Below the pieces are notes generated by a model. It ran no database searches. It was not told where the DNA came from and was given only the letters and a program-made list of their open reading frames with translations. A stretch of 45,410 nt of DNA from Puniceicoccales bacterium. GTDB lineage: Bacteria; Verrucomicrobiota; Verrucomicrobiia; Opitutales; LL51. The position numbers were made by a program, and so were the translations under genes. This document shows positions 32,968-41,138 of the stretch, in pieces. Where the stretch lies: contig JAITJQ010000023.1 in NCBI GenBank assembly GCA_031278845.1, positions 1-45,410 on the forward strand. The letters are read 5' to 3'. Numbering within the stretch: position 1 is the stretch's first letter; the number at the start of each line of letters is the position of its first letter.

Positions 32968-33534
32968 TAGCAATACTTGTTGCATCGAAGTTCCGGAATA
33001 ATGTTGCAAAGTTTTAGGCAATGATGAAACGAAATGAAATTCGCATTGCCGAGATCAAAATACATTGCAGCACTTTCGGCCTTTAGGGGCGACATTTTTA
33101 GTAATCGCTTGGTATGTCTGTTTCCGCATTTTGCTGTTTTTTACGGTGCCAAAGCCATGCTTAACAATAACGTATAATCTGTTCTTTGAGCATGGAGTAG
33201 GGCATGTTTTTTGTTCTTTTCAGAATAGCACGTATAATTTTTGGAGTCTTGGCTGATAAACGAAGCCTGCAGAAATCGTCCCATCCGTGATACGGGGTCG
33301 AAAACAGTTTTTCGGAATTATGGCTTCCGAAGCTTGTATTGATAAACGATGCACCCAAAATCAGGCCCGTGTCGACTTTGCGGTTGATTTTTTTACATTG
33401 ATTTTCTTCATGGTTTCCGTTTTCTTGCACAAGTTTGGAGCGATGTCAAGTGAGATTTTAAGAAAAAAATCAAAAAACGATTAGATACGGAGTGATTGCA
33501 TCGGCATCTTTCGATTCCGATTCCATTCCGCCCA

Positions 33535-34473
33535 TTACAACTCTTTTATGATTTGTTGTGTATAATCTTCGATAACTTTAGCGCATTTATCGAGGGCAAC
33601 GCGTTCTTTTTCATCCAGTTTAGGGTATAAAACCTTTACGATTCCCGAACGATTAATGAGCGTTGGCATTGCCAGGCAAACATTGTTAGCACTTTCGATG
33701 GTATCATGATGCGAGGAAACGGGTAAAATTGTGTTAGAATCCGCAGCGATCGAGTGGCAAATTTTTGTTAAGGCGCCGGCGATACCGTAGAATGTTGCGC
33801 GTTTACCTTCGATAATTTTATAGGCTGCGTTGCGCACATGATCGTCGATCCTGTTTTTCACATCCTCCGTGATTTGTTTACCAGAAACTGCAGCAAATTC
33901 ATGGATACTCATAATCCCCACATTGGCTTCAGACCAGGCGAGTACTTCGTTATCGCCGTGTTCTCCGAGGACGTAGGCATTAATATTCTCCGATGAAATG
34001 CCTAGAAATTTAGAAAGTTCGACGCGGAAGCGGGAGCTATCGAGTAGGGTGCCACTGCAAATGACCCGAGATTTTGGTAATCCGGACAATTTCAGTGTAA
34101 TTTCGGTCATAATGTCTGCTGGATTTGAGGCGACGAGCAAGATAGCATCGGTGGCATATTTTATTACTTGGGGAACAATTTCTTTGAGAATTTGTGCATT
34201 AATTTTTAGGAGATCGAGCCGTGTTTGGCCTGGTTTTTGATTAGCACCGGCTGTAAAAATAACGATATCGGAACCGGTGAGGTCGCTGTAATCACCCGAG
34301 CGAATGCGATTATTGTGGGCACATGGCGTTGCATGGCTGATATCAATTGCTTCTGCTTCCGCACGTGCCGTATCCTTATCGATTAAAAAAACTTCATGGG
34401 CAACTCCGCTCATTACCAGCTGAAACGCCGTTGCACTTCCTACAAAACCTGAACCTACGATACCGATTTTCAT
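33535..34473 (-). CDS. ldh: L-lactate dehydrogenase (LDH/MDH superfamily, LDH-type specificity loop)
   Basis: The 312-aa ORF has the Rossmann motif IVGSGFVGS. The loop AGANQKPGQTRLDL carries Gln, which is LDH-type, where MDHs carry Arg. It also has VLGEHGD. Confidence 0.8.
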   Translation of the reverse strand: MKIGIVGSGFVGSATAFQLVMSGVAHEVFLIDKDTARAEAEAIDISHATPCAHNNRIRSGDYSDLTGSDIVIFTAGANQKPGQTRLDLLKINAQILKEIVPQVIKYATDAILLVASNPADIMTEITLKLSGLPKSRVICSGTLLDSSRFRVELSKFLGISSENINAYVLGEHGDNEVLAWSEANVGIMSIHEFAAVSGKQITEDVKNRIDDHVRNAAYKIIEGKRATFYGIAGALTKICHSIAADSNTILPVSSHHDTIESANNVCLAMPTLINRSGIVKVLYPKLDEKERVALDKCAKVIEDYTQQIIKEL

Positions 34474-34631
34474 ATGTTGCTAAGTCTCACAAAATTTTAG
34501 ATAATGGCAAGTGAAATAAAAATCGATGTTAGACCTGTTGCAAAAGTGATTATCAAAGGATATAGGATAGATTACCACAAGTCCCCGATTACCTGCCCCG
34601 ATTCATGGGAATCCAAATTCGCTCTTCAGAT

Positions 34632-34735
34632 ATGCTTTTGGGTTCTTACTTGGACGCTCTATGGTGTTCCCTGTTGCATCTATGATGAGCGATTCTAGCT
34701 CATCTGGTCTTAACCCAGTTCTCTTAGGGAGCTTT
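34632..34735 (-). pseudogene. Short DDE-transposase-derived fragment, copy 2
   Basis: The reverse strand reads KLPKRTGLRPDELESLIIDATGNTIERPSKNPKAY. About 105 nt are nearly identical to 13847-13960, with a 1-nt indel. Confidence 0.45.
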
Positions 34736-34807
34736 GTAACCTGATACTCTACGCTGCACAATTTTTATCAGAGTTCGAGGCAATTTACTTCCTTTGCAAT
34801 AGGTTTA

Positions 34808-35290
34808 ACGCGAATGGCGAAATGAAATGGTCTGAATAAAAGGCCAAAGGGCTTGGGGGGATTAAATGAAAATCATTCCCCCAAGCCTGATTAGATTATT
34901 TCCAATTGGCACAACGGGAGGAAAAATCGGGGTTCCTGTTGATCGATTCCACACCCCTCCCGGTTTGCGAAAATGTACGTGCGAACCGGCATCGAACTTT
35001 TCGAGGAGTGGCCAATGGGACACATTCTTCGAAGACTACATTTGGTTTAAAGCTCCATCTGGTCCTAACGGAAAAACAAAAAATTACTCAATTTGGAATA
35101 AAATACTCCGATAGAAAAAAAGTTACTCCGAAAACGTTCTCTCCTGGAAACGGCCATCGGAAAGTTTAAATCCCTTTTTGGCTTCACGCTTTCCAAATTC
35201 CGTTCCCAAATTCCGTTCCCAAATTCCGGCTTTTGCCTCTTTTTCTCTCGCTATTTTTGCCTTTAATTTTCCCTCTTCATTGCGCCATCC
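34808..35290 (+). mobile_element. IS982-family insertion sequence remnant (internally deleted, frameshifted)
   Basis: It has the same left end as 18396 (acgcgaatggcgaaatgaaatgg...). Coding fragments are LLIDSTPLPVCENVRANRHRTFRG...FGLKLHLVLTEKQKI (DDE region) and RSLLETAIGKFKSLFGFTLSKFRS (C-terminus), in different frames. It also carries an internal tandem ccaaattccgttc duplication. Confidence 0.6.
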
Positions 35291-36004
35291 GCGTATAGAC
35301 TCTATAAATTAAATTATTTGACAAATTCACAAATGGCTCCCATGCCTAGCGGTAGGCCCAACCAGGAAAATTTAACTTTCCATTCCCGGACCGGTTTCGA
35401 TAAATTAACATCGCGAACAAAAAATTTGACGTATTTTTCGCAAGCCCCGGAATATAATTACTCACAATTTATACAGTCGCCGCCTCTTTCTCGTCCCTTA
35501 AAATGTCAGTTGGTTTGACGTTTTTGACTAATTTTTAATGCCCGCAATCGAATTAATACCAATCAAATTGAACCCATTATATTCGCCGTGAACGTTTTGG
35601 TCGCGGAAATTTGGGGCGTCGCTTGATGCAGATAGTGCCACGAGAGAATGGCAGGAAGCTTAACTGAAGGAAGAGAGGTGAGGGCTTTGAGAAAAATCGC
35701 GAAAATCTTGAAATGGGTTGCCAGGTATATGTGTTTTCCCTAGAAAGATTTCAATGTTTTAACGTTAAAGATTGATAATGGTAAAAGGGAGGCGATCATT
35801 TGTTTTATGTTATTCCATTAAATTTTATCTCCAAGGTAGGGAAAATTGTCCCGTTAGGTAACATTTGTGCAATTGAAATAGTTACGAAAATTTATTAGGA
35901 AAGGGTTATGGCACCTATGATTGGGAGAGAATTATGGAAAAATTAGGATAATTACAAAAAAAGATTGACAAGGCAGAATTTTATAAAAGAACTATTAACA
36001 GTAT

Positions 36005-37504
36005 ATGAGAAAGGCATTCAAAATTTGTTGTGTTTTTACTTTGATGGGGTTATTGCCTCATGTGAAAGCGGTTCGTTTTAGTAATAACGAAGTTTCTGGA
36101 AATAGGACGAATATTCCAAGCAATTCGTCCAGGAACTTAGCATTACCGAGGAGGGGTGCACCGCAGGCGCCCAGGAGCTCAGCACCACCACTGCAGCCGT
36201 CCAGGAGCTTAGTACCATCGCGGAGGGTTACACTGCAGCCACTCAGGAGCTTAGTACCATCGCGGAGGGTTGCACCGCAGCCACTCAGGATCCCGGCACC
36301 ACCACCGCAGCCACTCAGGAGCTTAGTACCATCGCGGAGGGTTGCACCGCAGCCACTCAGGATCCCAACGCCGCCACCGCCGCCACTCAGGAGCTTAGTA
36401 CCATCGCGGAGGGTTGCACCGCAGCCACTCAGGATCCCAACACCGCCACCGCAGCCGCTCGGGATCCCAACGCCACCACCGCAGCCACTCAGGATCCCAA
36501 CACCGCCACCGCAGCCACTCAGGAGCTTAGTACCATCGCGGAGGGTTGCACCGCAGCCGCTCGGGATCCCAACGCCACCACCGCTGTCGCTCGGGAGCTT
36601 AGCATTACCGAGTGTTCCGACATTAAGAAATGTCGCCATAGTGGGTGTTACCGATTTGCATTGTAATGCGCAAAACTATGCAAAAATAGAACATGTTATA
36701 GATGCTTTGTGCATACAAAATGATACCGTTATATTGGGCCTTAATGGGGATATCACGACAAAGTTTGATGCTAATAGTGGCAATCCTGTTACAGTTTCGG
36801 CGGGAGACGGACATCTTGATCGATCGAAACAATTAACGGCTAGTCTTACAGGATTATTATCGAGATATTCAAATCTGTACGTAATTTTCAATATGGGCAA
36901 TCATGAGCTTATGGGGAGTCATCCACATCTTATTTCATGTTTTTTACAAATCATGACTCAAGCTGGGAGCGGTCGGTTCCATACGATCAGTAATATCAAG
37001 ATGTTAACCCCACAAGAGGATATGAAGTCGCATGAACCTCAGAATGGATTGAAGGATTTCGTAAAACCTCATGTTACCATTGATGGAATTACTATTGTGG
37101 GTTACTGTACGCCGAATATTTTTCCTGATGTAAAACCAGAAAATCAAGAGCTCTATAAATACGCATTGGGGAATTTTTTCGCCAATGTTGGGGGAAGTAG
37201 ACATATAGATAATTTTGTTGAAAATTTTAATTCGGCTATGTCCCAAGGCGGGCTCGCAATGGTTGTACTGGCCCATGAGGGTGCGCCTGAATTCAAGCGA
37301 TGCGTATGGTCGAGATTTGGTCTGCGTATTACATCGCTGCCACGGCTTATCATCGGCGTATTTGGTCATGATCATGGGAAAACTCATGCAAATGGTGTTG
37401 AGATATCTGGTATGAGCGTCGTTCAGCCGAAGCCGTTTGGCAATGATGTAGCTGTAATTAAATTGCAGGGCCAGAGAATTGTTTCTCTAGGGTATTCTAG
37501 TTGA
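36005..37504 (+). CDS. Secreted metallophosphoesterase (calcineurin-like) with N-terminal proline-rich tandem repeats
   Basis: The 499-aa ORF has the signal-like leader MRKAFKICCVFTLMGLLPHVKA. Residues ~58-200 are PQPLRSLVPSRRVAPQPLRIPTPP repeats. The phosphoesterase motifs are VGVTDLHCN, LNGDITT, MGNHE, LAHEG and GHDHG. Confidence 0.75.
   Translation: MRKAFKICCVFTLMGLLPHVKAVRFSNNEVSGNRTNIPSNSSRNLALPRRGAPQAPRSSAPPLQPSRSLVPSRRVTLQPLRSLVPSRRVAPQPLRIPAPPPQPLRSLVPSRRVAPQPLRIPTPPPPPLRSLVPSRRVAPQPLRIPTPPPQPLGIPTPPPQPLRIPTPPPQPLRSLVPSRRVAPQPLGIPTPPPLSLGSLALPSVPTLRNVAIVGVTDLHCNAQNYAKIEHVIDALCIQNDTVILGLNGDITTKFDANSGNPVTVSAGDGHLDRSKQLTASLTGLLSRYSNLYVIFNMGNHELMGSHPHLISCFLQIMTQAGSGRFHTISNIKMLTPQEDMKSHEPQNGLKDFVKPHVTIDGITIVGYCTPNIFPDVKPENQELYKYALGNFFANVGGSRHIDNFVENFNSAMSQGGLAMVVLAHEGAPEFKRCVWSRFGLRITSLPRLIIGVFGHDHGKTHANGVEISGMSVVQPKPFGNDVAVIKLQGQRIVSLGYSS
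36176..36610 (+). repeat. Intragenic tandem repeat (72-nt unit with 24-nt subunits) encoding the Pro-rich region
   Basis: Recurring ccaccgcagccactcaggagcttagtaccatcgcggagggttgcaccgcagccactcaggatcccaac units are present. This also creates the spurious 193-aa antisense ORF at 36058..36639. Confidence 0.85.
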
Positions 37505-37632
37505 GTTTTCATATATATTTCTTATTTTAGGAATATTTTTGAAAAAGAGTTGGGAGGATTCTCGTTCCATGAGATGTAATCGAGAATTGCACGAAGGTAC
37601 CAGTGGCGACTGGAAAATATCTCATGAAGGTT

Positions 37633-37997
37633 GTGTTTTTTTATAAACGTAAGTCGCTGCTGAAAAATTTTAACGCACCGCTTGCTCCCACTCTCTACCT
37701 TCTGGCCTTGGAGGGGAATCGGCGGCTGTCAAGTAATTTTGTGGGTGTTTTTTCTGAAACGTTGCATGAAATTTATGTTTTTTTGTAAATGCAGACCGCT
37801 GCTTTTTAACGTGCCACTTGCTCTCACCCTCCACCTTCTGCTTTGGGATGAAATCAGCAGCTGTCAAGCCGCTTTTGGTAAGAATGTTTTCCGGAGGGCC
37901 AAATGTACCGCTCGCTCCCGCCTTTGGGAAAACCAAACGCGCCGCTTGCTCCCACCCTCTGCCTTCTAGTCTTGAGAGGAAACCGGAGGCTGTCAAA
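37633..37997. repeat. Three tandem copies of a ~128-136-bp noncoding repeat downstream of tRNA-Ser
   Basis: The ~62-nt cores aacgcRccgcttgctcccacYctctRccttctRgYcttgRagRggaaWcSgSggctgtcaaR lie at 37672-37733 and 37936-37997. A diverged copy lies at 37808-37868. The inter-core segments of the first two units are also related (gtgttttttt...cagcRgcg...). Confidence 0.75.
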
Positions 37998-38196
37998 TCG
38001 TTTTTTGAAAAGTGCAAGGGTAGCTTTCGTAATTTTAAATTTCTCATTGAGTTTTTGATCTGCCATTGCCGTGAAATGTTTACCTTGAGAAATTCATTTA
38101 ATAACTCCCAAATATTTTTAGCTACAGAAAGAATTTTCGATTCAGATTCTCAACCTTTGAAAGGCCGTCGAAATTCGGAAATATTCACAGGATCAC

Positions 38197-38289
38197 TGGC
38201 GGAGAGAGAGGGATTCGAACCCTCGAGCCCCGTTTTGCAAGGCTACCTTCTTAGCAGGAAGGGGCTTTCGACCACTCAGCCATCTCTCC
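38197..38289 (-). tRNA. tRNA-Ser (anticodon GCT), with encoded CCA
   Basis: The minus strand reads GGAGAGATGGCTGAGTGGTCGAAAGCCCCTTCCTGCTAAGAAGGTAGCCTTGCAAAACGGGGCTCGAGGGTTCGAATCCCTCTCTCTCCGCCA. It has a 7-bp acceptor (GGAGAGA/TCTCTCC), an anticodon arm CCTTC-CTGCTAA-GAAGG, a long variable arm and a T-arm GAGGG-TTCGAAT-CCCTC. Confidence 0.92.
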
Positions 38290-38474
38290 TTCTCCCCACA
38301 GCTAATAAACAAATAGTTTGGGTCAAGAAAAAGTTCGTTGCAGAAAAAATCTTCCCGTACAATTCCTCAGACGTCGATAGATAAAAAACAATAAAAAAGC
38401 TTGACTTTAAAAAAAATACTTGATTTAATAATAATTCAATCAAACTTCGCGAATAGTTTAAAGAAAGGTTTACT

Positions 38475-38993
38475 ATGGTAAAAAAACATTCAAAAAATAA
38501 TGGTTTTAGTAATTTTTGTTTTGCTACTTCTGGTAGCAGAGAAGAACAACAGTTGGAGGGTATCCTTCAGAAGGACTTGAAAGACTATAGATCGCAGGAG
38601 GAAGTTCAGAAGGATTTGCAGTTTCTAGAGGACGTAGAAGCATGCTGGATAGGACAGGGAGAGCCGTGGCGACTGCCTGTACCGGGGATGGGGTGGAGAC
38701 GTCTAGAACTGAAAATATTAGTAAGTGTTAGGAATATTGAGAGTGTGATAGGGCGCATACGTGACTTTTTACAAAAAAAACGAGAGAGGTATCGTAGTGA
38801 AGGTGAATATAGAAAAGAAATTGAGGAAATTTATAGCAATCATGGGGCATCGGATACAGAAGAAAAGGTATTTTATGAAAATGTTATTTTTTTGAAAGAG
38901 ATCCGTTCGGGGCATTTGTATGGAGATATAAATCAAAAACTTGGAGAGGTTAATACGTTGCTCAGGGGTATGGCTTTTTGGGAGGGATCATGA
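38475..38993 (+). CDS. Hypothetical protein (no recognisable family), translationally coupled to the next ORF
   Basis: The 172-aa ORF is preceded by aaagaaaggtttact, the same RBS context as the ankyrin family. Its stop overlaps the next start as ATGA at 38990-38993. Confidence 0.5.
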   Translation: MVKKHSKNNGFSNFCFATSGSREEQQLEGILQKDLKDYRSQEEVQKDLQFLEDVEACWIGQGEPWRLPVPGMGWRRLELKILVSVRNIESVIGRIRDFLQKKRERYRSEGEYRKEIEEIYSNHGASDTEEKVFYENVIFLKEIRSGHLYGDINQKLGEVNTLLRGMAFWEGS

Positions 38994-40000
38994 AAGCGGG
39001 TACAGTTTTCGCGTTTTTATGTTGCTGGTTCAGTTCTTTATTTTGTGCGGTTGATGTTTATGTTTTCAATGCGGGGCAAGGGAATTTCATTTGGGTCAGC
39101 ATGGACGTTGTCAGCGGTAGAAATAGGGATAAAAAGAAAATTTTGATTGTTGATTGTGGTTCAGGGTACAGTGAGGGATGGATGAATAATGGAAATTTTA
39201 TTACGAACTTGCAGAATATGGGTTTGTGTCAGAATGTATATGGTTATGCATTGTGGGTGACGCATCTCCATGCGGATCATTTTAGTTTATTATGGCAAAA
39301 TATTCCGGGTAGCAGAAGATCAATTTTAGACGAAGTGGGGTACGTTTTTGTCGGAGTGGGCGGAGGTTGGCAAGAGGAAGGTCTTGATTATTGGTCGACC
39401 TCCAGTTTGCCCGATTATGCAAAAAAGGTAAAATTGGCGATAGAAAAGAAAAGTGCAGATGTGCGAGAAAAATGGGAAGAATATCAATCCCAAAAAGGGA
39501 ATATGGTCAAATCTTCTTTGGGGCGAATATGTGCCTATATTAAAAGAAAGAAGGACGGGAACGCATGTTTCCCAATAAAAGTTTGGGATTATGATCCGGG
39601 AGAAATAGAGTTACTGCAAAGAGCTTTGAATGAGTTTACCGCAGGGACAAATTGCCATTTACGACCTTTATTGCCAGAGTTACGGCCTGAAGTGCTAGCG
39701 TCAGAGAACAAACATAGGTATAACGAGGGGGAGGAACCAACCAATCCCAATGATCAGTCTTTGGTTTTGGCTTTGGAATATGCTGGAAAGCGTGTCATAT
39801 TCCCAGGAGATGCTCCAGGAGGATTTATTTTTCATCATTGAATAGGGAAGACCGAGCGTATGTCAGTGGAGCGGGTGTACTGTGTTCATTATTATCATTA
39901 TCATATTGGAGATAGTTTGCGACTTCGAGCCAATGAAAGGGTTATTAATATCATTCCGAATCCGGAAGCTCCAGAAGAAGAAAGCAGTTTGGAAGACTAA
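38978..40000 (+). pseudogene. Secreted MBL-fold (ComEC/Rec2-like) metallo-hydrolase gene interrupted by an in-frame TGA
   Basis: The ORF 38978..39841 more likely starts at the ATG at 38990. It has the signal-like leader MKAGTVFAFLCCWFSSLFCA, VYVFNAGQGNFIWV, ILIVDCGSG, the HxHxDH motif WVTHLHADHF and NDQSLVLALEYAGKRVIFPGD. After the TGA at 39839-39841 the same frame continues for 52 codons (…VYCVHYYHYHIGDS…) to the TAA at 39998-40000. This continuation plausibly holds the missing HHGS-like motif region. Confidence 0.55.
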
Positions 40001-40455
40001 AGAAGAGGAAAATCTGGGTTTCTTTTTGGCTTTATGTGGAATATTTGCTAATTTTTGGTTGATAGAGCAAATAAAGCACTCTCAAATTAAGAGTAACTCG
40101 AGAGGTAAAAAGATAAAAACGGTCACTAATCCCCCCAAGGGCTGGATGTGCCGTGTTTTATATTAATTTATCACCTTTGCCATCAGACAACATATGCAGG
40201 TGATGACGTTTTTGCCTTTCGGCTCACCGACACGACAGCTACGCCACACGCCCTGCTAACTTTAAGAAAAGAGTAAGGAATAAATTCAATCATAAAAATC
40301 ACGTTCACTCCAGCAATTCCCTACGCTAAACAATTTAAGAAAAAATCCAGCAGAAAATGCAGGAATTGGAATTTTTTTTTCGGTAATCAAATGAAATCCC
40401 CTAAAAATGATTTTTTTATTGGCAGAAAAAATAGATTATCTACTATGGAGGAGGA

Positions 40456-41043
40456 GTGGATAGTTTTTATGAATTCGTGAAAGAATGGGGCTATTTGGCC
40501 GTATTTTTAGGGGCAATGGTGGAAGGAGAAGTGGTAATCCTAACCGCCAGTGCCCTCGCTTTTTATGACTACTTATCCATCTATTATGTCTTTTTAATAT
40601 CCTTCCTGACGACGGTCGTCGTCGATCAGGGATTGTTTTGGATCGGATATCGCATGGGAACGGAGTGGATTACGAAAAAATTTAAAAGGGTGGCTGAAGT
40701 CAGGGATAAGGTCTTCAACCTCTTGCGCAAAATGGATGCATTGTTTATTTTCTCATTCCGCTTTATCTACGGCATCCGTATGGCAAGTCCCCTCATCATC
40801 GGCTCCGCTCGCGTGAATCCCTACCGCTTTGCCCTTTATAATACACTCTCAGGATTAACCTGGGCGTTTATCACTTGCTTCATTGGCTACATCGTTGCGG
40901 ATGTGATTATGGACGGTCGCCTCGACTCCATGCCCTATGCCCATCTGATCACCATCCTGGTCGTTATCATTGCCCTAGTCGTCGGAATAAGAATGAAATT
41001 TAAAAAAGCTAACCAATCCTCTCCCAATACTCCAAATCAATGA
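40456..41043 (+). CDS. dedA: DedA family membrane protein
   Basis: The 195-aa ORF has WGYLAVFLGAMVEGEVVILTA and FSFRFIYGIRMASPLIIG, typical of the DedA/SNARE-associated family. Confidence 0.8.
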   Translation: MDSFYEFVKEWGYLAVFLGAMVEGEVVILTASALAFYDYLSIYYVFLISFLTTVVVDQGLFWIGYRMGTEWITKKFKRVAEVRDKVFNLLRKMDALFIFSFRFIYGIRMASPLIIGSARVNPYRFALYNTLSGLTWAFITCFIGYIVADVIMDGRLDSMPYAHLITILVVIIALVVGIRMKFKKANQSSPNTPNQ

Positions 41044-41138
41044 TGCGGCCGATGTAGCTTCGATAATTTTGTAGCCCAATGAAATAAAAGTGAATTTATA
41101 CCATTGGCAGTGCTTGTGGAAAAATTACGAAGACAAAC

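Noticed and set aside
36058-36639. A 193-aa minus-strand ORF rich in GCGG/GGGVGI lies here.
   Set aside because: It is a mirror image of the Pro-rich tandem repeat of the metallophosphoesterase gene. It exists only because the repeat lacks stops in the reverse frame.
37633-38047. I considered a possible CRISPR array or a real 125-aa ORF (37670..38047, minus strand) in the tandem repeat.
   Set aside because: The repeat cores are ~62 nt and imperfect, and the spacers are themselves related to one another. There are only three units and no cas genes, so it is not CRISPR-like. The ORF translation just repeats LTA..EGR.WEQAAR following the DNA repeat.
39839-39841. I considered an alternative genetic code (TGA as sense) to explain the in-frame TGA in the MBL gene.
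   Set aside because: TGA is used as the terminator of well-defined genes in this window, such as sctU, gmhA-like and the 172-aa ORF, and those proteins end at the expected positions. A global reassignment is therefore not supported.
39882-40166. A 94-aa ORF begins MFIIIIIILEI.
   Set aside because: The poly-Ile start comes from an att/atc-rich run, and it overlaps the probable continuation of the MBL gene in another frame. It has no RBS or family resemblance.
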